Shown in pieces: positions 47,032-55,680 of a DNA stretch of 55,680 nucleotides. The number at the start of each line of letters is the position of its first letter. Position 1 is the stretch's first letter. The stretch is from a virus (Duplodnaviria; Caudoviricetes): positions 1 to 55,680 of the IMG/VR virus record IMGVR_UViG_3300006483_000020; one strand, 5' to 3'. The notes beneath the pieces were generated by a model that searched no databases, was not told the origin of the DNA, and saw only the letters and a program-made list of their open reading frames with translations. Position numbers and translations under genes: made by a program.

Positions 47032-49140
47032 ATGATACCCAGGAATGTCAAAGACATTTTAATTGAAAACGCCAAGCGGACAGAAAAGATCAATGAAGAA
47101 TATGATCCGGTAACTGGCAGGGGTTGTTATGGCGATAGGGTGCATCTGGAAATATTGGATGCACCTTATCCATTAATATACATTCCTAAAAAGATGCTGA
47201 AAAATCCAATGATTAAACAGCTATCTAAACTTAAATCCATTGAAAAGCTATACAAACATTATAAATTAGAATTCGATAACGAGGAACTTCAAAGATGTTG
47301 GGTTGATATTTGCGAGATACGGATAAGCTACGATCCTGAATATTATTTCCGCATGTATGAGACGATAGAGGACGGTCTTACCGGAGAACTTATCCCCTTT
47401 ATAATGAACAGGGCGCAGCGAAAATTCCACCATACTGTAATGGAGGATCTTGAAGCCGGAAATCCCATAAGGATAATAACATTAAAAGCCCGGCAGCATG
47501 GTATTTCAACATATATACAGATGCTTTTCTCCTGGATCCAAAAGGTCAAGAAGAGAAGATGGAACAGCGTAGTGTGTGCTCACGTGAACGATGCTGCCAA
47601 GAACATACGAAGCATGTACACACGATCGATGGAGACGATGATTCCAATAGGTGGCATCCGGTATGAGATAAGTAACTTCGATCAGACATTAAACATTAAA
47701 GAAATAAAGGAAAGAGGGTGCCGTATTACGATTGGATCTGCCGAAAAGCCTGATAGTGTCCGTTCCCAAAATCCTAAACTGGCCCATTTTTCGGAGGTTG
47801 CATTTTATCCCGATACCGACAAGAAGAAAACAAGCTCACTGCTTTCCTCAATCATAGGTACAATGAAACTTGTGCCTTGGACCGCTGTGTTCTATGAGAG
47901 TACGGCCAATGGGTTAGGAGACTACTTTGAAACAGAATACAGCCGGGCAAAGAAAGGTGAGAGCGCATACACGCCTGTATTCCTGCCCTGGTTTTATAAC
48001 CCAAATTACAGCGAACCTATTATTAAAAGCTATTTTGGTTTTTCCGGGAAAAGGATAAAAGGGAATATCGAGAAGTTTATCGGTACGATAAATGAATACG
48101 AATGGGCGTTGTTTGACAACAATGAGGAAGTTACCCTGGAGAAAATAAACTGGTACCGGGCCAAGGCCGGTGAAATGAGTTCGGTAAGTGAAATGAAACA
48201 AGAGTTCCCATCGGATGATATTGAAGCGTTCCAGGATTCAGGAAAACCGGTGTTCCGTTCCGAGGACATAGAAGCCCTAAGAAGCGAGTGCCGTCCACCT
48301 GCATCCATTGGCACCCTTGAAGCGGATGAATTGCCACAGATCGCAAATATCGAGCCTGGTAAGCGTGATGGAATAATGAAGAACATACGCTTCATTGAAG
48401 ATCCGGAAGCGATGCAAGCATACGGCAGCAGTGACGTTAAGCTGAAATTAAGAAAAACGCAAAACAGGCTGATGGTTTGGAGACATCCATCATCGCTAAA
48501 TGTGAGAGACAGATATGTAGTCGTTTTCGATCCGCAGAAAGGGATATCGGACAAGGCAGATTGGGGCGTTATTACCGTTTTTGACCGTTTACCGCTGATT
48601 GATGGAGAAAAACCGGAGGTCGTGGCACAGTTCCGGGGGCACATCGATAAGGATATTTCAATATGGATAGCCGTACAGATAGCTACATATTACAATGAAG
48701 CACTTTTAGTCGTTGAGAGTAACACATACGACAGCGATATAAAAGATGATGATGCTGAATTGATCTTCGAAACAATAAAAATGCACTATCCCAACCTTTA
48801 TACCAGGACACCAGCCGACAAGGTAAGAGAAGGTTATCCGGTAAAATGGGGATTCAACACCAACAGATCCACTAAGCCGATGATCATTTCTAACTTTATT
48901 TCAGTTATCCGAGAAGGCGGTTATGTTGAGCGTGACGAAGAAGCATTAAACGAAGCCAGGACGTATGAGCAGAAGGAAAACGGATCATACGGAGCCAAGG
49001 AAGGCCGACACGATGATATTATCATGACAAGGATGATAGGGATCTACGTTGTTTACACCCTTCCGTTACCAGTGATTGTGGATGAAAATGATCAGCCAAA
49101 TAACAGGAGTAGACGAGCTTCCGGAATGAGCGATATTTAA
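47032..49140 (+). CDS. Terminase large subunit
   Basis: Walker A region LKARQHGIST; AHFSEVAFY; YESTANG; nuclease domain VVVFDP...VVESN...HDDIIM. Confidence 0.92.
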   Translation: MIPRNVKDILIENAKRTEKINEEYDPVTGRGCYGDRVHLEILDAPYPLIYIPKKMLKNPMIKQLSKLKSIEKLYKHYKLEFDNEELQRCWVDICEIRISYDPEYYFRMYETIEDGLTGELIPFIMNRAQRKFHHTVMEDLEAGNPIRIITLKARQHGISTYIQMLFSWIQKVKKRRWNSVVCAHVNDAAKNIRSMYTRSMETMIPIGGIRYEISNFDQTLNIKEIKERGCRITIGSAEKPDSVRSQNPKLAHFSEVAFYPDTDKKKTSSLLSSIIGTMKLVPWTAVFYESTANGLGDYFETEYSRAKKGESAYTPVFLPWFYNPNYSEPIIKSYFGFSGKRIKGNIEKFIGTINEYEWALFDNNEEVTLEKINWYRAKAGEMSSVSEMKQEFPSDDIEAFQDSGKPVFRSEDIEALRSECRPPASIGTLEADELPQIANIEPGKRDGIMKNIRFIEDPEAMQAYGSSDVKLKLRKTQNRLMVWRHPSSLNVRDRYVVVFDPQKGISDKADWGVITVFDRLPLIDGEKPEVVAQFRGHIDKDISIWIAVQIATYYNEALLVVESNTYDSDIKDDDAELIFETIKMHYPNLYTRTPADKVREGYPVKWGFNTNRSTKPMIISNFISVIREGGYVERDEEALNEARTYEQKENGSYGAKEGRHDDIIMTRMIGIYVVYTLPLPVIVDENDQPNNRSRRASGMSDI

Positions 49141-49143
49141 TTC

Positions 49144-49180
49144 TAACACACATCGTTTATTCTTAATGCCCATATATTTG
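49144..49180 (+). promoter_or_regulatory. Putative late promoter, copy 4
   Basis: TAACACAC-N24-ATTTG; here the -7 box is the full consensus TATATTTG. Confidence 0.7.
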
Positions 49181-49197
49181 TAAAAAAAGTATATCGT

Positions 49198-49575
49198 ATG
49201 TTTAAAGAAATCAAATCAGACCTGGTAGAAATAAGCGAATACATTCATGATGCTTACACCGTTGTTGTTTCCAGTATAAAAATACGCCTTTTGATCTTTA
49301 TGTCTGACTTGCTTCAGAAGGTGCACAACCGGAGATTCTTCCTCTCCATCATCGTAAAGCCAAACGGAGAGAGGTTAAAGATATTCGATAAATACATGTT
49401 TAATGATTACAAGAGAAAGGGATGGATGCCAAAGAGAATGACAACCCTTGAACTTGAACAGAAGTGTTTTTATGCTACGCCATTGAGCAGGAATAATAAT
49501 GTAACGAAAGAAGCCCGGAAAAAGGCAACCAAACAGTATATACAGTATTCAAAACTAATACGGAAAGTTATTTGA
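49198..49575 (+). CDS. Basic hypothetical protein
   Basis: 125 aa with its own promoter and terminator. Confidence 0.7.
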   Translation: MFKEIKSDLVEISEYIHDAYTVVVSSIKIRLLIFMSDLLQKVHNRRFFLSIIVKPNGERLKIFDKYMFNDYKRKGWMPKRMTTLELEQKCFYATPLSRNNNVTKEARKKATKQYIQYSKLIRKVI

Positions 49576-49604
49576 AGTTTTTTCATACATGAATTTTTAG
49601 TCTT

Positions 49605-49640
49605 ACTGCCCAAATCCGTGAGGACAAGGGCGGTTTTTTT
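49605..49640 (+). terminator. Intrinsic terminator
   Basis: ACTGCCC...TCC-GTGA-GGA...GGGCGGT plus a T run, between convergent genes. Confidence 0.7.
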
Positions 49641-52224
49641 ATCTCATCTTTTCATTGTTGTAGTTTTTGTCAACTTCGAACTCGATATACTCAATTTGAC
49701 TTTCTTCGTCAATGGTTCCAGTAAGCAGGAAAAGGTATTGCCGGTATGTCTCCCTGGCGAGTAGTCCGAGATCGAAGTCCTTGTAGTTCTCCCCGGCACC
49801 GAACGTGACCCCTTTTATCGGAGTGAAGTGAACACCATCGATCGAATGGTAAGCCGCCACAGACATGTTGTTCACGTTGTACATGAGCGCACGAAGGAAG
49901 ATCCTCTCCAGTTTCTTAATATCTGTTGTCTCAAATTGAATTGGCCTGGTGAGGAAGCGTACATTCGCTGCATCACCATTTGATTGGGAAATATCAATAA
50001 GATTACCTGAAGTGATGTAGTAAATATCCGGGAAGGTATTTTGAACTACCTGCCCCACCAGGTTTGTTGACAGGTAGAATGATTTTGTTTCATAGTCATA
50101 CACGTAGTTGTATAAATACCCTGATGCAGATATTATCAGCTCATCATCGTATGGATTGTAAACCATATTTGTGCATGACTCCAGGAACTTGCGGAAAGAT
50201 ACCGAAGGATATGAGATAGCCGGATCTGTGATACCTGTGAGATCAATGTTTATAATATCATCATCCTCACGCAACACCTGGGATAAACTTTCTGTTTTGT
50301 AATTGCTGATCTGCATCAACCCTCTCTTAGTTATGAATACTACCCCATAGGGAGTTGCACCTATAACGCTTGAAATTGGAGGCTCCAAGTATGTAGGAGC
50401 CTGCACAGATGAATGTACCGTCTCAGCATCCTGCCCGGCCATAGTAAAAACACCATCGGTAGTAAAGACGAACACCGGATACATACCATAGTTCCTATCC
50501 GAAACGTTCATGATTATACTTGATTCGGAAAGGATCTCTCCGGATCCGACAACATAAGTATTAATGGAAGGAAACATAAATGGATTATCTACTTCAGATA
50601 CTTTTATCTTGTTTTTCTCAAACAAAGTAACCGGTAACATAGCGGTTACCGGTGTTCGAGTATTTGTTCCGGTTTGCTTGATTGGAAGAAGATTGTCATT
50701 AACAAAAAATGAAATGTTCAAGTATGGATGCGGTTCTAATGTAGCCGAAAACACTTCTCCCCACACTCCTGATGATGATTTGTATATTCTCATTCTCTTT
50801 GCCCTGGTATCTGGATAAGACAAATACGCCTGAAAGAAAGGTTCGGGAGCTACACCAAAATAATCCATGTATTGAGAATAAACATACTGTGTTTTATTAT
50901 CAACGAGCAATTCGACTTCTATTATTGTTGGATCTGATCCTGATCCAGATAGAGCAGTCCCATTATAATTCGTTGTCCATTGGAAATGCTGCGTATTAAA
51001 TCCTTTAAAAAATGTAGTCTGCACCTGTGATAAACGCAACCTGTTATTATAAATCATCGAAGAATTTGATCCGTAATCGTGATGTGAAAACTGATCGTTA
51101 GCCATCAATTCCTGATAAATAAGGTTTTCCAGTTTGGTAATATCTGTTTGTGAAGTTGGAATGATGTACGGAGTAAGAGGGTTCACCCAATCGCCAATTC
51201 GCAAACTTTTTATGAAATAAAACTTTGATTCAATAGCCACATTCTTCAATCCATCCTTGTCAAGTGATTCAAAAATTCTACTTTCAGGACCTGATCCACC
51301 TGCGTCTGTTGCCGTCTTGAATTCTTTCAGTATTCTATCTTCTGTCAAATTTTCAATATTGGATAATCCAAGGGGTGCTGATAAGAATATATCAATCGAG
51401 GTTATTATATCCTTCCATGGCTCAATATCATAGGTGTCAATCGATATTCCTATATTGTACCCTGTCACTTTTACATAGGATGTTGTATTAATCTGCAATG
51501 GTCCAATAACGTTAAACTTTATCTTTTTCAAATCCAAAATAGAGCTGGCCGGCAAAACGAGAAGCGGGGAAGAATGATTTACGAGTGTACCATCATACAG
51601 TCTGAACGCATAGCGGAGCAGGTGAGCATCAAACAGCATTATCCCGACACCATCAACAGGAACGCCACCGACAATACCTCCATTGACAATAATATCAGTA
51701 GCTTTATATACCAGTCCTTTTGTGAGGCTCATAACTTCAGACCAATCAACAGAAGATCCATATTCTTCCTGGTATGTCCTTGATACCGTTGTTTCGTTAT
51801 ACGCCCCGATGCTAAGATTTGGAAGTTCCGGGATCTCCCCAAGAAAAGTATAGCTGCCATTCTTATACAGTGCGTAGTATATTGTACTGTCGGTTATGAA
51901 TGAGAGAGTGTTCCCTATCTGCTGAACGCTGTTTATTTTACCTGTAACATATCCGCTTCCAATTGGAGTGGGTGATATTTTTATGTTTGAAAATATTTCT
52001 GAAGAAGATACGCCTACTTTAACGCCAATCCAGTTTTCATAAGCATTACCCTTGTGCACAAACACTATATCGTAATCGTCCGTTAACGCCTGTACTATTT
52101 TACGTGGTGGAACAGGTTTATAATATCCTCTTTCCGGACGAAGGTTGACAATGCTCTTGCATTCTCCATCCTGATGGTTTGACTGCGATGTTACGCCTGT
52201 AATTGCAATTTTTATTCGTGCCAT
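49639..52224 (-). CDS. Putative tail nozzle / stabilization protein
   Basis: About 860 aa, beta-rich; N-terminal DGECKSIVNLRP and KIKVSEVDNPFMFP patterns of podovirus tail tubular B-like proteins. Start moved to MARIKI. Confidence 0.6.
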   Translation of the reverse strand: MARIKIAITGVTSQSNHQDGECKSIVNLRPERGYYKPVPPRKIVQALTDDYDIVFVHKGNAYENWIGVKVGVSSSEIFSNIKISPTPIGSGYVTGKINSVQQIGNTLSFITDSTIYYALYKNGSYTFLGEIPELPNLSIGAYNETTVSRTYQEEYGSSVDWSEVMSLTKGLVYKATDIIVNGGIVGGVPVDGVGIMLFDAHLLRYAFRLYDGTLVNHSSPLLVLPASSILDLKKIKFNVIGPLQINTTSYVKVTGYNIGISIDTYDIEPWKDIITSIDIFLSAPLGLSNIENLTEDRILKEFKTATDAGGSGPESRIFESLDKDGLKNVAIESKFYFIKSLRIGDWVNPLTPYIIPTSQTDITKLENLIYQELMANDQFSHHDYGSNSSMIYNNRLRLSQVQTTFFKGFNTQHFQWTTNYNGTALSGSGSDPTIIEVELLVDNKTQYVYSQYMDYFGVAPEPFFQAYLSYPDTRAKRMRIYKSSSGVWGEVFSATLEPHPYLNISFFVNDNLLPIKQTGTNTRTPVTAMLPVTLFEKNKIKVSEVDNPFMFPSINTYVVGSGEILSESSIIMNVSDRNYGMYPVFVFTTDGVFTMAGQDAETVHSSVQAPTYLEPPISSVIGATPYGVVFITKRGLMQISNYKTESLSQVLREDDDIINIDLTGITDPAISYPSVSFRKFLESCTNMVYNPYDDELIISASGYLYNYVYDYETKSFYLSTNLVGQVVQNTFPDIYYITSGNLIDISQSNGDAANVRFLTRPIQFETTDIKKLERIFLRALMYNVNNMSVAAYHSIDGVHFTPIKGVTFGAGENYKDFDLGLLARETYRQYLFLLTGTIDEESQIEYIEFEVDKNYNNEKMR

Positions 52225-52270
52225 AATGATCTGTTTTAATCTACAAGTGTAGGGAAACAAATCATTTATC

Positions 52271-53473
52271 TCATTGTTTTATATTAAATTGTGTGATTGC
52301 ATCAATAACCTTCCTGTTTGCCTTATCGATCTTGTCCCGGTTCCGGTTTATGTATATGGCTGTTGTGGGGTTTGTTGTTGAATGTCCAAGTGCCTGGCTG
52401 ATAACTTCATCTGAAACACCCAATTCGGCAGCAAGCGTGGCCCAGGTATGCCTGGCCCAATAGATTGAAAGTTCCGGGAACAGTGGTTGATACTCCTTCT
52501 TCCCTTTTTTATTCACAAACTTAACCGGCCCTATTGTCTTGAGCATCTTGTTTAACTTTGAATTGAAGGACCTGTAATCTGAAAATCTTTCTTTTACGTC
52601 AATAAGATATTCGGATCCACTGTTTCTGTTAATTATCTCCATCGCTTCCGGTTCCACCTTAATAGAATACAGCTTATTTGTCTTGCTTCGGTGATACTCT
52701 ATTCTCCCCTTGCGTATTTCCTTTATCTCTACCAGGTCGGCAAGGTTGATTCCGCACAAGTATATCGTCAAGAAGAAATAATCCCTGTAACGGATCATGT
52801 GTGGCTCACAGTCGAACAATAACAAGGTGTGAAGATCTTTAATTGAAAGGGATCTTTTTTCCGTTTCCTCCTTCTTTATACTGTATTTCCGAAAAGGGTA
52901 AACCTGGGTGTACTCGCATTCGATTGCATAATTGTTCACCGCCCGGATATTCCGCATGTGCAATGCGATGGTGTTAACAGACATTTGCAGCCTTCGAAGG
53001 TAGTTTTCAAAACTCTTCAACCATTTTATGCTCAAATCATCTATTGGGATATTCATACCTCCATCTGCAATTTTATCTCTTGTTTGCAGATATGAATCAA
53101 TCGTATTCTTTTTTGTCTTGCTGCCAATATGCTCATTAAGCACATCGATAAGGGTAATGTCGCTGCCCTGCTTCCCTGACAATTCATCCTTTATTAGCTG
53201 CTTAAGCCTTGCATTTGAAGGATTGATATTCCTGCGCTCCAAATCCATTATAAGCATGTTAATTTGATTTACCTTGTTGTGCAGCGCAGAGTTTTTAGTT
53301 CTGTAATTCGGTTCATCCCTGGTTACCTGGCCATCAATCCAGTTATCTTCATTGCAGCTAATCCCTGTTGATATTAGAAAATCCTTACCCATATTGGTAA
53401 TTCCAATCTTGACAGGGCATGATTCGTCCATCTTGCTGGAACGTGTGTCTAGATAAAGTCTTATGTAAATCAT
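52271..53473 (-). CDS. int: Tyrosine recombinase (phage integrase) with arm-binding and SAM-like domains
   Basis: LYLDTR N-terminal arm domain; YLCGINLADL; YHRSKT; YWARHTWAT; ALGHS; TAIY. Confidence 0.93.
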   Translation of the reverse strand: MIYIRLYLDTRSSKMDESCPVKIGITNMGKDFLISTGISCNEDNWIDGQVTRDEPNYRTKNSALHNKVNQINMLIMDLERRNINPSNARLKQLIKDELSGKQGSDITLIDVLNEHIGSKTKKNTIDSYLQTRDKIADGGMNIPIDDLSIKWLKSFENYLRRLQMSVNTIALHMRNIRAVNNYAIECEYTQVYPFRKYSIKKEETEKRSLSIKDLHTLLLFDCEPHMIRYRDYFFLTIYLCGINLADLVEIKEIRKGRIEYHRSKTNKLYSIKVEPEAMEIINRNSGSEYLIDVKERFSDYRSFNSKLNKMLKTIGPVKFVNKKGKKEYQPLFPELSIYWARHTWATLAAELGVSDEVISQALGHSTTNPTTAIYINRNRDKIDKANRKVIDAITQFNIKQ

Positions 53474-53486
53474 ATCACTTAAATTT

Positions 53487-53520
53487 CATTTGCAGATCAT
53501 TTGCAGATCATTTGCAGATC
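53487..53520 (+). repeat. Integrase arm-type sites: three tandem CATTTGCAGAT
   Basis: Three perfect 11-bp copies; related CACTTGCAGAC and CAGTTGCAGAT on the other side of the core. Confidence 0.75.
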
Positions 53521-53584
53521 TAAACGGCAAAAAACGGTTAAAAACAGACATTATTAACCAAAAAAACACCACGAAAACACACAA

Positions 53585-53618
53585 AAATAGGCTGTAAGTA
53601 ACACCTAACAGCCTATTT
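53585..53618 (-). terminator. Hairpin downstream of the tRNA 3' fragment (replacement terminator)
   Basis: AAATAGGCTGT...ACAGCCTATTT inverted repeat, with a T run on the minus strand. Confidence 0.65.
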
Positions 53619-53627
53619 ATCAACTTT

Positions 53628-53671
53628 GTAGCGAGAGGGGGGCATGATCCCCCGACCTCATGATTATGAAT
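53628..53671 (-). other. attP core: 3' half of a tRNA with CAT anticodon (Met or Ile2)
   Basis: Reverse complement ATTCATAATCATGAGGTCGGGGGATCATGCCCCCCTCTCGCTAC gives the anticodon loop, T arm and acceptor 3' strand. The 5' half is absent. Adjacent to the integrase. Confidence 0.85.
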
Positions 53672-53729
53672 AGTAAATCTATCCTCGCTATCAGTTTATA
53701 AATAAATTAGTTAAGTGATGTCGGAAAAT

Positions 53730-53751
53730 CACTTGCAGACCAGTTGCAGAT
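53730..53751 (+). repeat. Integrase arm-type sites, second arm (two copies)
   Basis: CACTTGCAGAC and CAGTTGCAGAT. Confidence 0.7.
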
Positions 53752-53753
53752 AT

Positions 53754-53963
53754 TCAGAAATTTTTAACCGCTTTCCGAACGTTCCTGGCATGTTTTGCTC
53801 CGGCAAATTTTTCAAATTTACCAATCCATTCTTCCGTAACATCTGCGACATTTACTCCCGGATCAAACCGAACAACTTCATGCTCAGTCTCCAGGTAGCT
53901 CAACAAAGCCTTGTCGCTTTTGTTGCTACCTGCATATGATTTTACCAATTCAGCGAGAAGCAT
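53754..53963 (-). CDS. Small protein resembling part of an integrase SAM-like domain
   Basis: VNVADVTEEWIGKFEKF compared with IPIDDLSIKWLKSFENY in the integrase. Confidence 0.5.
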   Translation of the reverse strand: MLLAELVKSYAGSNKSDKALLSYLETEHEVVRFDPGVNVADVTEEWIGKFEKFAGAKHARNVRKAVKNF

Positions 53964-54174
53964 CGTATATATCCTCCCCATTAACAACAACAGGTATTTC
54001 CCTGCTTCCTACCTGGTAAACCTCCTTTTTCCACTTATCAAATACGGTCCCATCTGACATTTTAATGTATCTTCCGTTTATTGCAAATAAATATCCAATA
54101 ATTAGAATAAATATTATGCAAGTGACAATAAATACATACGAGATTAATGAATAGTCTTTATTAGTAAATTTCAT
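53950..54174 (-). CDS. Small membrane protein
   Basis: One TM helix followed by NGRYIKMSDGTVFDKWK. Confidence 0.65.
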   Translation of the reverse strand: MKFTNKDYSLISYVFIVTCIIFILIIGYLFAINGRYIKMSDGTVFDKWKKEVYQVGSREIPVVVNGEDIYDASR

Positions 54175-54362
54175 TTTTTTGAAAATATAGATGTCAATAA
54201 AATAATCAAATAATAAAATATGCCGATTACGCAGACAACTCCTAAATTTACAATATTCTTACTCCCTCCACTCTCTTGTTTGCCAAAAACTATTAATATA
54301 ATAACAAGAATAACAACACAAGCAATAAGTCCTAATAAGGATCTTTTTACATTAGGTTTCAT
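54171..54362 (-). CDS. Small two-TM membrane protein
   Basis: Two hydrophobic helices; coupled to the next gene. Confidence 0.6.
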   Translation of the reverse strand: MKPNVKRSLLGLIACVVILVIILIVFGKQESGGSKNIVNLGVVCVIGIFYYLIILLTSIFSKK

Positions 54363-54380
54363 ATTTTCATTTGTATAAAA

Positions 54381-54710
54381 TTAAAACATTCCTCCTATCC
54401 ACCATATTATAGGGATTCCCAAAACGCCTAAAATAGAGACAATTGTTGCCGAGACGCCTTTAATTAAGGATGAAATTATACCGATAATAATAAAAAACGC
54501 AATTATTACTCCAAGCATCCACCACCAATTAAAATGAATAGATAGTGAGACTACTCTTATTAATCCTACAATTATACCAATTACTCCAACCCATTGAATG
54601 ACATTCTTTGTAATAACACTTGATCCTTTGAACCCAACAGCAGTATTTATATTAAACCCGGACCAGACTAACATGGCTACTGCAAGCCAAAATAGATGAT
54701 TTGACAACAT
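54381..54710 (-). CDS. Four-TM membrane protein (possible superinfection exclusion)
   Basis: Almost entirely hydrophobic; directly downstream of CI. Confidence 0.65.
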   Translation of the reverse strand: MLSNHLFWLAVAMLVWSGFNINTAVGFKGSSVITKNVIQWVGVIGIIVGLIRVVSLSIHFNWWWMLGVIIAFFIIIGIISSLIKGVSATIVSILGVLGIPIIWWIGGMF

Positions 54711-54715
54711 TCTAA

Positions 54716-55399
54716 TTATTTTACGGTATTATATCTAATGCTTATTTTTACAAGCGCTATAGCCTGGATAAGAGATATAGGTATATCCAATGGCTCATGA
54801 TAGGTATTATAACTTACAAGCTTAACATGTTCCTCTTTTTCCGAACGTGTTACGTATTTCACATTAACATATTCGTCTCCATCCCATTTCCATGAAAGAG
54901 CATACATTTCGCCATAAATAATGTACTGTAGCTCGCTCAATTCTTTATATACAATAATATCTCCTGCTTTTAAAATTGGGTACATTGAATCACCCCGGAC
55001 AAACATTGCACCATCAACAGCCGGCATGTTTGGAACCCAGATCATCCCAATAATGTTCTGTTTTTTATTTTCAAACAGCGTTTTCAAATTAGCAGCAGCG
55101 TCAATGTCATATAAAGGAACAGGTTTGTCCTGAAGCTTTTCTTTAATTTTTGGTGAATAAATCTGTTTAACCTCTTTTTCTGGCTGCTTCAACATCTCAC
55201 CATCACCGGTAATAAGCCAGTCAAGATTTAAATCTTTGAATGTATCTGATAATTTAACTAGCACACTTATATTATTCATTCCCCGATTTGCCCAGTTGCT
55301 AACAGTATTTGGTTGCTCCCCCAATAACTGTGCAAACTTTTCATTATTGCCTTCACAATAATATTCTCGAACCTGTTTAATTCTATATTTTATATCCAT
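54716..55399 (-). CDS. cI: CI-like repressor (HTH plus S24 peptidase)
   Basis: FAQLLGEQPNTVSNW HTH; LNLDWLITGDGEM; VRGDSMYP catalytic Ser; VNVKY Lys. Confidence 0.93.
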   Translation of the reverse strand: MDIKYRIKQVREYYCEGNNEKFAQLLGEQPNTVSNWANRGMNNISVLVKLSDTFKDLNLDWLITGDGEMLKQPEKEVKQIYSPKIKEKLQDKPVPLYDIDAAANLKTLFENKKQNIIGMIWVPNMPAVDGAMFVRGDSMYPILKAGDIIVYKELSELQYIIYGEMYALSWKWDGDEYVNVKYVTRSEKEEHVKLVSYNTYHEPLDIPISLIQAIALVKISIRYNTVK

Positions 55400-55400
55400 A

Positions 55401-55608
55401 ATTCACAGTTTTGTGTATACTTGTACATCTTTCACACCTTATAATATTTCCTGCATAGAGGTAAATATAAAGTCCTTAAATTTCATGTTATGTTTATTTA
55501 TTTGTTAATCAGATAAATAATAAAAACCTTATTTATAATGAGTTTAAAATACACATTTTAGTGTATTTTAATTGCTATTTAATTTCTACAATACACAATT
55601 TTGTGTAT
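55401..55608. promoter_or_regulatory. Three palindromic operators, ATACAC-N6-GTGTAT
   Basis: ATTCACAGTTTTGTGTAT (55401-55418), ATACACATTTTAGTGTAT (55549-55566) and ATACACAATTTTGTGTAT (55591-55608). Confidence 0.8.
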
Positions 55609-55613
55609 ATTTG
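55606..55613 (+). promoter_or_regulatory. Rightward early promoter, -7 box
   Basis: TATATTTG consensus overlapping the third operator. Confidence 0.75.
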
Positions 55614-55662
55614 CATCGTGTTAAGCATCGAGCAACACAACAGTATAAATTTAATCAGACAA

Positions 55663-55670
55663 CAAATATA
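55663..55670 (-). promoter_or_regulatory. Leftward (cI) promoter, -7 box
   Basis: CAAATATA reads TATATTTG on the minus strand and faces the rightward promoter. Confidence 0.5.
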
Positions 55671-55680
55671 TAAATTATGT

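Larger units (their letters stand above)
1..55680. mobile_element. Near-complete temperate Bacteroidota phage genome, podovirus-like virion module, attP (excised) configuration
   Basis: Integrase, attP, CI repressor, replication, portal, capsid, terminase and lysis genes are all present. No host housekeeping genes and no tape-measure gene are visible. The window ends at the rightward promoter next to CI and begins inside an early ORF. Confidence 0.92.

Noticed and set aside
40399-48644. Long antisense ORFs 40399-40941 and 48030-48644
   Set aside because: Antisense shadows of the capsid and terminase genes.
53487-53520. CRISPR array or simple microsatellite
   Set aside because: There are no spacers, and the same motif recurs on the other side of the att core, which fits integrase arm sites.
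55677-55680. Direct circular join of the window end to position 1
   Set aside because: Joining gives ATG-TAA and would break the ORF seen at 2-145, so some sequence is probably missing between the ends.

Overview
The window looks like a nearly complete ~55.7 kb temperate Bacteroidota (probably Bacteroidales) phage genome in its excised/attP form. The host call rests on TAnnTTTG promoters and AT-rich starts without Shine-Dalgarno sequences. In order, it carries: an early operon (KilA-N, excisionase-like); a dense ~1.1 kb structured-RNA cluster; RecT and a nuclease-FtsK fusion with an HNH intein; a RuvC-like resolvase and a replication initiator with iterons; small accessory genes; putative ejection proteins, including a 5883-aa polyvalent DarB-like protein; portal, rhomboid protease, scaffold and capsid; tail, lysis and terminase genes; a tail nozzle-like gene; and the integrase, a tRNA(CAT)-type attP and a CI repressor with operators. 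Five observations stand out. (1) A circularly permuted two-piece tmRNA with a G3.U70 acceptor stem and tag GKTISMVPQSLRAVA. (2) Two tRNA-Leu-like bodies whose anticodon arms are replaced by other folds. (3) Four small helical ORFs overprinted in the +1 frame of the giant protein's linkers, two directly behind their own Bacteroidota promoter motif. (4) A major capsid protein with an N-terminal membrane segment encoded next to a rhomboid intramembrane protease. (5) An exactly spaced late-promoter motif, TAACAMAC-N24-ATTTG, in four copies. All calls come from reading the sequence by eye; no database searches were run.
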